DNA of 64,000 nt, from the IMG/VR virus record IMGVR_UViG_3300028829_004719, one strand, 5' to 3'. A program made the position numbers and the translations under genes. The notes beneath the pieces were generated by a model. That model was not told the DNA's origin and did no database searches. It saw only the letters and a list, made by a program, of their open reading frames with translations. Positions within the stretch are counted from its first letter, which is position 1, and each line of letters opens with the position of its first letter. This document shows, in pieces, positions 47,869-57,728 of this stretch. This stretch comes from a virus.

Positions 47869-48045
47869 TTACTTTGTTTCACGAACAGTATCGCCAATAA
47901 CCCATGTAACTACGATAGTAACAATTCCGATTAACTGCTCTTGATTAAGTTCAACACCCAATGCCTCCGATGCTACAACTGACACCAAACCAACTGTAGA
48001 CACCCAGAAACGCCTAGATGCAAGTAAACTCTTCCACTTATTCAT
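47869..48045 (-). CDS. Small two-TM holin-like protein (58 aa, below ORF-track cutoff)
   Basis: MNKWKSLLASRRFWVSTVGLVSVVASEALGVELNQEQLIGIVTIVVTWVIGDTVRETK; SRRFW start and two TM helices. Confidence 0.65.
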   Translation of the reverse strand: MNKWKSLLASRRFWVSTVGLVSVVASEALGVELNQEQLIGIVTIVVTWVIGDTVRETK

Positions 48046-48093
48046 AATTCTTCTCCCAACAATAAACTATTGTTATTAACAACCGGAGGTCGG

Positions 48094-48543
48094 TCATCCA
48101 CGGAAGAGGCGACCTCCAAAAAAACCTCTTCTTTGATACGTTTTTGGTTGTGATGGTGGAGCGACTTGCACTGGTGGAGATTTACAATCCCCATTGGCAC
48201 ACTTGCAGCCACTTTTGTCACAACCACAGCTACATGTTGGTTCATCCTTGCTACCATGATAAGGACATGGTGATACATGCCCGTCTCCTTGTAAAATTTC
48301 ACCGGTCCCCTGACAAATGCATTTTTTTGGATCTGGATCTGGCCCAGATGGCTTATTGTCAGGAGTTACTGGTTTATCAAGAATTTCTTTTTCGACTTTA
48401 TCGAAGGCGTTCTCGACTTCTCTTATTATAGCGTCTGATTGACCATTTGTCAACCCCGTTTCTTCATTTTTCCCAGAATTTGTTGTGGCAATGAATCCAA
48501 CTATCGCTACCACGCCTAGAATAATTCTCTGTTGTATATCCAT
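48094..48543 (-). CDS. Exported Cys-rich protein
   Basis: N-terminal hydrophobic helix; CICQGTG...CPYH...CSCGCDKSGCKCANGDC; ends RRGFFGGRLFRG. Confidence 0.7.
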   Translation of the reverse strand: MDIQQRIILGVVAIVGFIATTNSGKNEETGLTNGQSDAIIREVENAFDKVEKEILDKPVTPDNKPSGPDPDPKKCICQGTGEILQGDGHVSPCPYHGSKDEPTCSCGCDKSGCKCANGDCKSPPVQVAPPSQPKTYQRRGFFGGRLFRG

Positions 48544-48544
48544 T

Positions 48545-50599
48545 TTAGAATACCTCTCCGATACTGTATTTTATTTCTCTAGCAGGGAATCCATCCACGT
48601 CACTGAATACCCAAGCACTCCCGCTGGATAACATTCCCTTTGCATCTTTTTCACGAATCCAAAAAGATCCGTCAGGTTGATCATGGACCTTGGGTCCAGT
48701 ATTCCACGCCCCCCAGCTGTTTTGCACTAAGAATAAAGTTTCATTTAGTCTATTTTTAGTATCGTCACATGCAATCCACGCCATAGCATGTGCCCATCCA
48801 CTAGAGCGTTTAGCAATTCCGTTTTTATCTCGACGAGAACTAAATCCGTACCCACTACATACAGACATTGCATAACCATTGGCAAGAGCGTCACGAGCTT
48901 CTTCTACCGTTCTAATGTTAGAAATGGTTTTTACTTGATGTTTTTGTGCTTCATCCTCATAAATCCTGTTAGGAATTTGCTTTTTTGCACCTAGAGAGGA
49001 ATCATAAGTAGAGAGATCAACTTCTCCGTAATCCTTCCTAAGTAAAATTCCGCCCTTTTGATTGACATATCTAGCGGCTCCTGAGCATGTCATACCTTGA
49101 CCCCTGTGTCCACGAGACTGGTAAATTCCTTCAGTTGCACTACGGACAATAAAACTTTCCCTTTCTCCATTTTTTATTTCAACAGCCCTTGTAATGTCTA
49201 TAGCATTTCTTGTCGCATGAGAAACGCAATTATGCACTGCCAATCCGTTAGCGATGAAACTATGATCTTCTTCTACATTGACACAATAGACATAATCATC
49301 ATGAGGCGAGACATTAATAGTAGTTATGGGTGCTAACAACCCTAAACTACAGGTAAGTTTATTTTGTCTAGTTTTTTGATGAACCTTAGTAGCACAAGAG
49401 TGTTCTGGGTATACTTTATACACCTGATCGCCATATAAATTAATTTGCCAAGCTTTTTTACTTCGCTTTCTTGGCTCTCTTTTATGTATGGTGTGTTGAA
49501 TCTGTAATTTGATTAAAATATCAGATATGTCTTTAATTAGAGATTCTGATACAGATACTCCAGAAATTTTTCTTCTGTTTTCTAGAGTTAAATGACCATC
49601 TCCATCAATCCAACCTCTAACAAATTGAGTCATGAGATCTTTAGTGTTATTTTTTATTACATCATTAATTGATTTAGACCACTGATTACCGGCAACCATA
49701 TCAGAAAATAATCTAGCAATAACTATATTAGAACATCTAATACATACTACGCCTTTTTTAGACCTGTCCAATTTTGTAGTTCTAGTCCCAGTCCCAAATA
49801 TTTCCTTAAACAGTAATTGAATTCTATCTTGTATCTCTACTTCTTTTGAAGATAGATTGAAGGTAATTCTCTCTTTGTTTTTTCCATCCAAACCGCCTTC
49901 GGCAGCATAAATACCGAATAACCACATAAGATCAGAAGATAGTGGAATATATCTTGGAATTTTATTTTTAGAATTTTTATTTCTTATGAAATTCTCATTA
50001 ATTTCACCCACCGTATCTAAATATTTTGACATATCTAGTACGTCATACTCTGTTGATCTTTTAGAAATAGATTTAGGCAATACTAATAAATCTTCTTCTT
50101 TTAGGTCTTCAGCTTTAATCCACTCATATCCATAGTCTGAATAAACTACAAATTGATGATCCCTAGTCACTGAGATAGTTTTATCATATTTTTTTATGTA
50201 AATCTCTAGTAACTCTGGATGGTGAGGATATTTTTTTATCTCTTGATAAACCCTTCTACTTCTGTTATTGTGTGTTATGACATAATCGCCAACGCGAACA
50301 TCTTCGATGTTTTTATATGTACCATCTGACATGCTTACCTTAGTGCCACTAATTAGGCAGTCCCCGGTAGTCTGTCTTTCTGACGGACCAAATTCTGGAT
50401 CAAAATCAATTAAACTTTTAAAAGGAAGACTTAATTTTTCCTCTCCAGATCTATATAGACTGTATGCCGCAGCACCAAACACAGGAGATGAAAGTTCTCC
50501 TAGTAGTTTTTTTACATCTTCTTCATCGCATACTGAACCAACAAAGCCCTGCTTATACATTTTAAGCAATGCCGCTGGCGTTTTAAAGTTGTATTCCAT
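48545..50599 (-). CDS. Papain-like (clan CA) cysteine peptidase containing an intein
   Basis: After intein removal: QTTGD|CVSHA (oxyanion Gln and catalytic Cys), GWAHAM (His), QNSWG (Asn). Confidence 0.85.
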   Translation of the reverse strand: MEYNFKTPAALLKMYKQGFVGSVCDEEDVKKLLGELSSPVFGAAAYSLYRSGEEKLSLPFKSLIDFDPEFGPSERQTTGDCLISGTKVSMSDGTYKNIEDVRVGDYVITHNNRSRRVYQEIKKYPHHPELLEIYIKKYDKTISVTRDHQFVVYSDYGYEWIKAEDLKEEDLLVLPKSISKRSTEYDVLDMSKYLDTVGEINENFIRNKNSKNKIPRYIPLSSDLMWLFGIYAAEGGLDGKNKERITFNLSSKEVEIQDRIQLLFKEIFGTGTRTTKLDRSKKGVVCIRCSNIVIARLFSDMVAGNQWSKSINDVIKNNTKDLMTQFVRGWIDGDGHLTLENRRKISGVSVSESLIKDISDILIKLQIQHTIHKREPRKRSKKAWQINLYGDQVYKVYPEHSCATKVHQKTRQNKLTCSLGLLAPITTINVSPHDDYVYCVNVEEDHSFIANGLAVHNCVSHATRNAIDITRAVEIKNGERESFIVRSATEGIYQSRGHRGQGMTCSGAARYVNQKGGILLRKDYGEVDLSTYDSSLGAKKQIPNRIYEDEAQKHQVKTISNIRTVEEARDALANGYAMSVCSGYGFSSRRDKNGIAKRSSGWAHAMAWIACDDTKNRLNETLFLVQNSWGAWNTGPKVHDQPDGSFWIREKDAKGMLSSGSAWVFSDVDGFPAREIKYSIGEVF
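49229..50359 (-). mobile_element. LAGLIDADG intein (377 aa)
   Basis: Starts CLISGTKV, block B TRDHQF, LFGIYAAEG and FVRGWIDGDG, ends AVHN, +1 Cys. Confidence 0.95.
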
Positions 50600-51674
50600 T
50601 TAATAATCTTTCTGCTGAATTTTTCCATGTAAACTTTTTAGCCGTTTTTACCCCTGCATGATTTATATTAAGTATATCACGCATAGAATGTGGATGTCCG
50701 TTGGTGTATTGTTGCTTAACACCATGAACATTTCTCATATGTTCAATAAGCTGATCTTTCGCAGAACCGTTAAGACTCGCCCACTCCCCATGCAGTCCAG
50801 AAAAGAAAACACCATCAGAAGCTGGCTCAAGCTCGTCAATTTCGATCAAAAAACTGTTATCATCATTGCAAAACTCAGTATGAGCTGAATAATTTGTTGT
50901 TATTACCGATTTACCACATGCCATCATTTCTAACAGCTCTAAATTCCACCCCTCTGCCCTCGCTGGAAAGACTCCGCAATCAACCTGCTTCATAATATTA
51001 TACACATCTTTATGCGTACCTTGTCTTGGTATCATCCTTATTTTATGGCCTAAAGGAGAATCTTTATATAATTTTGCCCATTTTAGATTATCTTGACCAA
51101 TAAATGGATTATCACACATCATCCATAGCTCTACGTTGTCGTCATGACGGAATGCCCTATTAAAACACTCCAATAAAATATCGTGACCTTTACGTTTTTC
51201 CCATTTTCCACAATTGAAAAATACTGTCTCTTGACGACTACTCACACAAGGCTGGAACAAATCTGTATCCACTCCTAATGGTACGACATGGACAGACGGA
51301 GCTACCCAGCCTTTTTGGCTATGTAGTACATTTTTAGCCCATTCCGAACAAACAAACAATTTGTCGCAATGTTCCATGCTTATTTTTTCTTCTTGATTGA
51401 ACTCTGTAAGTTCAAATATAGGAAATCCGATATGCTGACCTTTTCCAACATAAGAATGCACATCGTTTTGATGCCAAATTTTAACCGATGTGTTTTTATC
51501 TGATGATAGCTGTCGGTTTTTCATTCCTATGTCTACGTACTCATCAGTAAATTCTGGCTTAGAGATGGGATACAAAGACACCGATGGATGCATCTTTATA
51601 ACCTGTTTAAAAATATTATAACCAGCAATGCCGTATCCTAGATTATTGATAGCTGTTTGAAAATTTATCATCAT
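50583..51674 (-). CDS. GT4 glycosyltransferase
   Basis: VPLGVD, GKWEKRKG, VFPARAEGWNLELLEMMACG. Confidence 0.92.
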   Translation of the reverse strand: MMINFQTAINNLGYGIAGYNIFKQVIKMHPSVSLYPISKPEFTDEYVDIGMKNRQLSSDKNTSVKIWHQNDVHSYVGKGQHIGFPIFELTEFNQEEKISMEHCDKLFVCSEWAKNVLHSQKGWVAPSVHVVPLGVDTDLFQPCVSSRQETVFFNCGKWEKRKGHDILLECFNRAFRHDDNVELWMMCDNPFIGQDNLKWAKLYKDSPLGHKIRMIPRQGTHKDVYNIMKQVDCGVFPARAEGWNLELLEMMACGKSVITTNYSAHTEFCNDDNSFLIEIDELEPASDGVFFSGLHGEWASLNGSAKDQLIEHMRNVHGVKQQYTNGHPHSMRDILNINHAGVKTAKKFTWKNSAERLLNGIQL

Positions 51675-51742
51675 GAACCTTTTAATATTAGATATGTATG
51701 TTTCATTATATGTGTTTTACACGACTTTAACACAGAAAAATT

Positions 51743-52537
51743 CTAGCATTTACTAGTTATATTGGCCTCAATCACAGCCCTTTCTCCTCGATAAACTTTT
51801 AACATCCAAGACTGCTGACGTTTATATAATAACTTGTCTATGTCATACTCCATACTATCTGACGGACATACATTCATATATAATGCTGGATTGCCTATTT
51901 TTTCAAATTCTTCCGGAGTGCCTCTCCCTTTCCTTCTTTTATAATTTTTTTCATCTGATGAGTGATGATGATCTATTCTGACTAACTCACAAGGGTTCAA
52001 TGCTTTCATACCTGAAACAACAGCATTAAATGCAATCCTATTATCACAACCCGGAACTCCGAAATAAAATTGCGAACTGTCGATCATTTCTTCACTCATA
52101 AACCGAGGTTTAAAAACCCACGCATCTTGAGAAAACTTCCTAGACATGGCTGGAAGTTTCAACCGTCTATCGTCCCATCGGGTAAGGCAGAGAAATTTGT
52201 TTTCCATATCATCGTTATTGATAATGTCAACTGCTTCTTGCGTAAAAGAAATGTCGTTATTGCATACAGCAAAGGACTTAGAGTTGCCCCATCCTTCGAT
52301 CTCCTCTGTTTGCAATCTTTTAAATATAGATGCAAACGTCTGCCTTTTTGGTTCGTGGATTTGTACTATGTTTTTGAAACCTAAATGCCTTTTAGCATAC
52401 AAAACCGATTCTTTCTCTTTGGAATTTACAAACAGTAAAACCTCTTCTGCGACATCGCTGTTGAGACTTATCGCCCCGACTATTTCATCTAGCCTAGCTT
52501 CGCTTTTGGGCATGTAAAATTCTGTAGCTATAATCAT
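51743..52537 (-). CDS. Hypothetical protein, possibly glycan-related
   Basis: CNNDI, SQDAWVF, GVPGCDNRIA motifs; located in the glycan cluster. Confidence 0.55.
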   Translation of the reverse strand: MIIATEFYMPKSEARLDEIVGAISLNSDVAEEVLLFVNSKEKESVLYAKRHLGFKNIVQIHEPKRQTFASIFKRLQTEEIEGWGNSKSFAVCNNDISFTQEAVDIINNDDMENKFLCLTRWDDRRLKLPAMSRKFSQDAWVFKPRFMSEEMIDSSQFYFGVPGCDNRIAFNAVVSGMKALNPCELVRIDHHHSSDEKNYKRRKGRGTPEEFEKIGNPALYMNVCPSDSMEYDIDKLLYKRQQSWMLKVYRGERAVIEANITSKC

Positions 52538-52544
52538 AACGTCT

Positions 52545-53357
52545 CTAATAATAAACAGAATTGGAGTTTATATCAAGAACTTCCCAGCCATTGTCATACT
52601 TATCATTTAAGTAACAGCTAGTAAAAGTATTTTGCATAGGAAAGTCTCTAACGTGATAAAAATATTTTGGTTTGTCTAGTCTCATTTGTTTAATTAAGTG
52701 AAACCACGAAGTGTCTACAGTATGCACCTCAGTAGCGTTTTCTATCACGCTCATCCAATCAAATATTAAATCATCACGAGTATGACGAGGTTTAATAATG
52801 GGAAGATTAGTGTTTGGTTTTATGGGATAACTACGTCTCGACGAAACGTTAGAACAAAAGGCGTACTCCGAAGGAAGTTCCAGCCTTTCAACAATCTGAC
52901 TCTCTCTATCTCTATCTCTTTCGATGTAAAAATGCTCATGCCTTGCGGTATAGGGAGCTTGATGAGCGTGATAGAACAATTCAGGCCAACAATTAGTTTT
53001 GTGGTCTAGTCCACGTTTAGTCATTTGTCCATACCAGTCGTTACTGTACCAGAAAAATATTCTAGCTTGTGCGTGGGGATATTGTCTAGCCCGCTTATTC
53101 ATCTTCCTTCTTGCCTGTTTACCATTAGAAGCTGCGGGTTCAGGTATTACGGAGATTTTTTCATTGTCTCGATACATCCATGAAATATGTCTAAATTTGT
53201 TGTGATCACCTACACACAACACATACGCATGATCCACATCAGGGCGAGATGCAACATATCTAGCCGCTCCGTTTAACAACAGGCAATCTCCAAGACCTGT
53301 ATTATTAGCTAGAAAAACTTCCATTATAAGCAACCCCCAATATTTTGCCCAACTCAT
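52545..53357 (-). CDS. Hypothetical GT-B-like protein
   Basis: NTGLGDCLL N-terminus and IENATEVHTVDTSWFH C-terminus, reminiscent of GT9-like proteins. Confidence 0.5.
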   Translation of the reverse strand: MSWAKYWGLLIMEVFLANNTGLGDCLLLNGAARYVASRPDVDHAYVLCVGDHNKFRHISWMYRDNEKISVIPEPAASNGKQARRKMNKRARQYPHAQARIFFWYSNDWYGQMTKRGLDHKTNCWPELFYHAHQAPYTARHEHFYIERDRDRESQIVERLELPSEYAFCSNVSSRRSYPIKPNTNLPIIKPRHTRDDLIFDWMSVIENATEVHTVDTSWFHLIKQMRLDKPKYFYHVRDFPMQNTFTSCYLNDKYDNGWEVLDINSNSVYY

Positions 53358-53378
53358 TATTGTTACATAAAAAAACTC

Positions 53379-54131
53379 TCATGACACCTCGCCTGTGTAA
53401 ATTTTTTCTATTTCATTTAAGCAGTCACCGACGCTTAACTCCCAAGCGTTGTCTTGAAAGGATAATTTATTTAAAATCTTGATCAATTCTGAGGTCGATC
53501 TGTATCGAACAACCGGATACTCCCAACACCATCCCACATCCGGTGCGATAACAGGCTTTCTCATGGCAATCGCTTCTGCAACACTCATAGGCCCAGCCTC
53601 TATCTTGGATGTAACTAAAATGTAATCAGTATTCTGATAGGCTTGGAACAGTTCAGCTTGTGTCATTTTACCTTTTGAAAAGGTTATGTCTACATTACAA
53701 TGTTTCTTTACCTCTTCGAGTGTACTGTAGTTTTTTCTACCAGTCCGATAACTTCTCCCAACAACAAGTAACTTTATTGGATGTGAGTTTTTATAAATTT
53801 CAAAAGGTGGAGGATTAAAAATCACCCTCTTAAAATCAGGAGCGGTTAGTGCGTATCTCGAACCCATCATTACTGCCACATCACAATTTTTTATAGAGTT
53901 GTTCCACATTTGTCGATGTTTTGACCCATTTTCTATATGAGTAAAGTAGCAGACGTCAAATCTTGTCTTTTTTTTAAACCCATGCCAGTTAAAGTAAAAG
54001 TTAACATCTGAATTTGGATCGGCCACTGCGGAGATTTTAGAGCGTGGAATATATTTGTTAAAATGATTTGCCAGATCTTCCATTACCCAACTCCTGTCAT
54101 GAAGAACCAAATTATAACTAGGCATCAACAC
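53379..54131 (-). CDS. Glycosyltransferase (GT4-like)
   Basis: LVTSKIEAGPMSVAEAIAMRKPVI. Confidence 0.8.
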   Translation of the reverse strand: MLMPSYNLVLHDRSWVMEDLANHFNKYIPRSKISAVADPNSDVNFYFNWHGFKKKTRFDVCYFTHIENGSKHRQMWNNSIKNCDVAVMMGSRYALTAPDFKRVIFNPPPFEIYKNSHPIKLLVVGRSYRTGRKNYSTLEEVKKHCNVDITFSKGKMTQAELFQAYQNTDYILVTSKIEAGPMSVAEAIAMRKPVIAPDVGWCWEYPVVRYRSTSELIKILNKLSFQDNAWELSVGDCLNEIEKIYTGEVS

Positions 54132-54931
54132 CCCTTTTTAGATTCAAAATTTTGATTTGTTAAAAATACGCCTCTTTTTTGCAACTTAGGGCAATTGTAC
54201 TTTTCCTGAGTTATTCCGGTTTTGACTTGTATTAAATCCTTTATTTCAAAATTATCAACCAAAGCACTCCACCTTTGGCCATTATGGTTTTCAATGTTAA
54301 AAAAATCTATCTCGTAGCCCTTAAATATATTCAAATAAGAAATACACCATAATTGTTCTATGCAACAAAAAGACTGCATATTCTTTAAAACCGAAGCAGC
54401 AACCTCTTTGGAAGCCCATCGTTTAACATCTAAAGCAAATCCACATTGAAATAAATCCGAAGGGCAGAAAAGCCTAGTGCAAGCCTCCGACATATAAAAA
54501 TAATTCCTGTTTTCATGAATAAAGTTTTTAAATGGGCCTTTAAAGTCAGGATTTCTACTTAATAAAGCTGGAACTACAAGTTTGTTCGGTATAACCTGAT
54601 TGAATATATCTTTTTTGTGAATCATATCCGTTCTAGTTAGAAGTATCTTATCTCCAGTTGCGACCTCTGCCCCAAGATTAGCCAAGGTTGTTTGCCTGTT
54701 GCAATTTCTTTTAAAGGGATAACACCTCAATTCATCTTGCCCAACATCCTTAGTTGTTATCACTACATCGACCATTTTATGGTCAAAATCCATAGGTTGA
54801 TCATCCCAAGTAGAAAGAATAACTTCTCCATCATGCCAATCTCTAACCGAGCGTAAAACTTTATTGAACTGATTAATGCTAGTTTTTCCACTGTCTCTAA
54901 ACAATTGACCTCGAAATACAACACTATTCAT
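54125..54931 (-). CDS. WavE-like lipopolysaccharide synthesis protein
   Basis: VVFRG, EVILSTW, N.NRQ, LLTRTDM, SDLFQCG, EQLW. Confidence 0.7.
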   Translation of the reverse strand: MNSVVFRGQLFRDSGKTSINQFNKVLRSVRDWHDGEVILSTWDDQPMDFDHKMVDVVITTKDVGQDELRCYPFKRNCNRQTTLANLGAEVATGDKILLTRTDMIHKKDIFNQVIPNKLVVPALLSRNPDFKGPFKNFIHENRNYFYMSEACTRLFCPSDLFQCGFALDVKRWASKEVAASVLKNMQSFCCIEQLWCISYLNIFKGYEIDFFNIENHNGQRWSALVDNFEIKDLIQVKTGITQEKYNCPKLQKRGVFLTNQNFESKKGC

Positions 54932-55388
54932 TTATTAAACCTCGTATTTTAGTAGAGCTAATATCTTTAGTATAATCTAAATAAATCAACTGAATACAAT
55001 GTCGCTCTAGCCACTCTTCAGAAAATCCCATTTGCTGATGATAATCTCTATCCTTCCAATCGTCGCCAACAGCAATTATATCTGGATTAACTTTCAATAT
55101 CGTTGGTTTTGAATCTTTACCATGAGAATTAGCCACAACCTCATCCACATGTCTACAAGAAAGTAACACCTCTTTCCTGCTTTCGAAATCAATTACTGGC
55201 CTCAAACCCTTATACTCCATAATAAAAGAATCGGTATTTAGTGCCACCACTACTTTATCCGATATTTCCTTGCATTTTTTTAAAAGTCTAACATGCCCAA
55301 AATGGAACAAGTCGAAAGTGCCACCAGTATACAAAATAGTCATACGAATCTCACTTGTGAATAAAATAAACATCTTGTCTGTCTTCAA
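54924..55388 (-). CDS. Cytidylyltransferase (TagD/RfaE-like)
   Basis: GGTFDLFHFGH (HxGH), GDDW, ISSTKIR. Likely start MTILYTGG. Confidence 0.92.
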   Translation of the reverse strand: MKTDKMFILFTSEIRMTILYTGGTFDLFHFGHVRLLKKCKEISDKVVVALNTDSFIMEYKGLRPVIDFESRKEVLLSCRHVDEVVANSHGKDSKPTILKVNPDIIAVGDDWKDRDYHQQMGFSEEWLERHCIQLIYLDYTKDISSTKIRGLINE

Positions 55389-56136
55389 ACTTTTTAAACT
55401 CGCTACAGAAAGGGTATCCTGAATGAATTTTACTAAAGAAAGACCTAGCTATATAGTTTGATAAAGCCATATTTATATTTAATTTGCATTTTTTGGTGAT
55501 AGAAAAATCTTTCACCTCATTCCTTTCATGCTGGAAAAGAATTAAAAATTTTAAAACTTGATGGAAAGAACCCCCTAATACTCCCGCGTTAAATAACACA
55601 TTTTTTAAATCTATCTGATTCCAATTCAGAGAGTTTGAAATTTCCCTGTATGAATATTGATGAAACTTGTATTCTTCTATAGAAATACCATCTTGGCAGA
55701 AATAAAGATCAAATTCCTCGGTTGACATTTTAGATGGATCGTTTTTGCACTCCACATCCCAAAGATCGGTCATAAAAACCTTAGAAACATAACTCTGACC
55801 AAATAGATAATCTAAATAAACAAAAAACCTTTCATCATTGTTGGATAAATAGGGTAAGTCTGTAGATGTTTTGACAAAATTTAAATTTTTAGATAAGCAC
55901 ATCATATCTTCAACAAACTGTTCAGAAAGATCGTCATGAAATATCAAACACTCTACATCAAATTTTGAAAGAGACTTGATCCACTTTTCACAATAACCTC
56001 TATTGCCTGTTTTAACATGCCCTATTTTATTTCCCTTGCTAACCAATCCTCCTATACCCTTGCATTTAGGATGATATTGAGGATGTATTTTCTTGGTAAA
56101 ATAACTAGACATTACCAACGTTCTACCATCAGTCAT
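55351..56136 (-). CDS. Hypothetical protein, glycosyltransferase-like
   Basis: RFFVY, VFMTDLWDV, FNAGVLGG, NMALSN. Confidence 0.5.
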   Translation of the reverse strand: MTDGRTLVMSSYFTKKIHPQYHPKCKGIGGLVSKGNKIGHVKTGNRGYCEKWIKSLSKFDVECLIFHDDLSEQFVEDMMCLSKNLNFVKTSTDLPYLSNNDERFFVYLDYLFGQSYVSKVFMTDLWDVECKNDPSKMSTEEFDLYFCQDGISIEEYKFHQYSYREISNSLNWNQIDLKNVLFNAGVLGGSFHQVLKFLILFQHERNEVKDFSITKKCKLNINMALSNYIARSFFSKIHSGYPFCSEFKKFEDRQDVYFIHK

Positions 56137-56214
56137 TCAGTCACCTGTAATTAACATAGGAAAGTTAATATCAAAATCAGTTAAGGTTTTATGGTTTAAT
56201 AGATATGATGTCTA

Positions 56215-56991
56215 CTACCAACCACTTATCCAATGTCTTAGTGGAAGCGTTTGACCTCTAGCACCACTACCTACAAAATAAACATCGCCTTCGTTGAATA
56301 CTCCAGCAGTATATGCAAGTCCACTTTTTGACATGATGAAAACTTTCGCAGTAACGAAGTGATGATAAGCTGTAAGCATGTCAAATTCTTGAAATGAAAG
56401 ACTAGGGCTTGCCAGTCTGAATACAGTTCTGTCTATTAAGTCTTTAGGCCAATTATCCATAATAGGAGCAAACTCTTCAACTTCTCCCTCAGAGTATATA
56501 GCTATCCTATAATGACTCGGATACTTTTGTGCTACTCTTGGGATGTTGTGATTATACCAACTGTTGTGCATATGTCTAGCTCTTCTATCTCCACCACGAT
56601 GGGGTTGGACATCGCCCCTGCGAATATGTACTACTATTTCACAATCAGAAGGGTTTGGTTTTTCAGTAGACCAATAATGAGATCGAATTATATTTAAAAC
56701 ATGATCCGTATAGTAGGCGGCTGGGTTGGCAAAAACTTTCTTATTAAATCTTTGACACACATGTATTTTCCTACCATGTCTATTGTCTGGTATTCCTACG
56801 AATTTATTGATAGCTTGAATTTCTTTACTACCGTTCCAGCAATGACTTACCGTAGTGAATGGCGTATGAACATATCTTAACCTGCCGCGACTATTATAAC
56901 AAACTGCCATTCCAGACAGTTTAGCGTTCCACTGGCAACCAAACCCGTCAGTTTTCCCTCTGATTGTTAAGTTCTTGAAGCCCACTGACAC
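56215..56991 (-). CDS. Fucosyltransferase-like protein (GT11/GT23-type motif)
   Basis: DGFGCQ, IVVHIRRGDV, AKVFIMSKSGLAY. Confidence 0.7.
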   Translation of the reverse strand: MSVGFKNLTIRGKTDGFGCQWNAKLSGMAVCYNSRGRLRYVHTPFTTVSHCWNGSKEIQAINKFVGIPDNRHGRKIHVCQRFNKKVFANPAAYYTDHVLNIIRSHYWSTEKPNPSDCEIVVHIRRGDVQPHRGGDRRARHMHNSWYNHNIPRVAQKYPSHYRIAIYSEGEVEEFAPIMDNWPKDLIDRTVFRLASPSLSFQEFDMLTAYHHFVTAKVFIMSKSGLAYTAGVFNEGDVYFVGSGARGQTLPLRHWISGW

Positions 56992-57033
56992 TCCTTAGTA
57001 ATATTAATCCAGAACATCAAAAACAAAGGCAAG

Positions 57034-57687
57034 TTAGATCACCATTAAAATAATGAATGGGATTAAAACCCAGAACTTGCATGACCAGTATCTTGGACTG
57101 GTCTTGTCTGTAGCGGTATCACAATTGTGTCTAGCACGAAAACTCTTACGGCGAGCAGGATCAGACTTCTTAATCGTCATATTGGGATCGCCAAAGTTAA
57201 CCTTAACTACATTTCCTTTATCGTTCTTAACGTAAACAGAACGTTTTTTGGGACCATCGGGAGTTAGAAAGGGTTTACCAAGTTTAACTTTACGACCTTG
57301 ATACTCAGCAGCTTTACCTTTGTAAATAAGTTTCTGTCCATCTTTTTTATAGTCGCCTATTCTTTCGAAGGTAAAAACCTCTCCAGTTTTTGGGTTTTCA
57401 TACCTGAAAGCTGATTGAGCTTCTTTGTAGGCGTCCGGATCTGGACGATCTTTGTCACCCCTTTTAGCAGGTTTATAATCTTTGCCCTCTCGTTCTTTCT
57501 TTTTGCGAATATTTTCCCAAAGCCCCGGCTTAGCTACAGAAATATCCCAATCTTCCTCACTTTCGCCAGCGACAGATTCGTATTCGTTTTCCGAAGGACA
57601 ATAAAAATTATCTTCTGTAATTTCTTCAGTTGTACCGAACGTATCCTCGTACCAAGCCTTGTCCGTATCTCTAATTATATCACTCAT
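57034..57687 (-). CDS. Conserved phage protein with DUF6321-like C-terminal domain
   Basis: AEYQGRKVKLGKP...KKRSVYVKN...VKVNFGD...RRKSFRARHNCD...YWSCKFW. Confidence 0.7.
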   Translation of the reverse strand: MSDIIRDTDKAWYEDTFGTTEEITEDNFYCPSENEYESVAGESEEDWDISVAKPGLWENIRKKKEREGKDYKPAKRGDKDRPDPDAYKEAQSAFRYENPKTGEVFTFERIGDYKKDGQKLIYKGKAAEYQGRKVKLGKPFLTPDGPKKRSVYVKNDKGNVVKVNFGDPNMTIKKSDPARRKSFRARHNCDTATDKTSPRYWSCKFWVLIPFIILMVI

Positions 57688-57728
57688 TGTTATCTCCTGT
57701 AATAGTGGGTTCGAATGTATGATCCACG

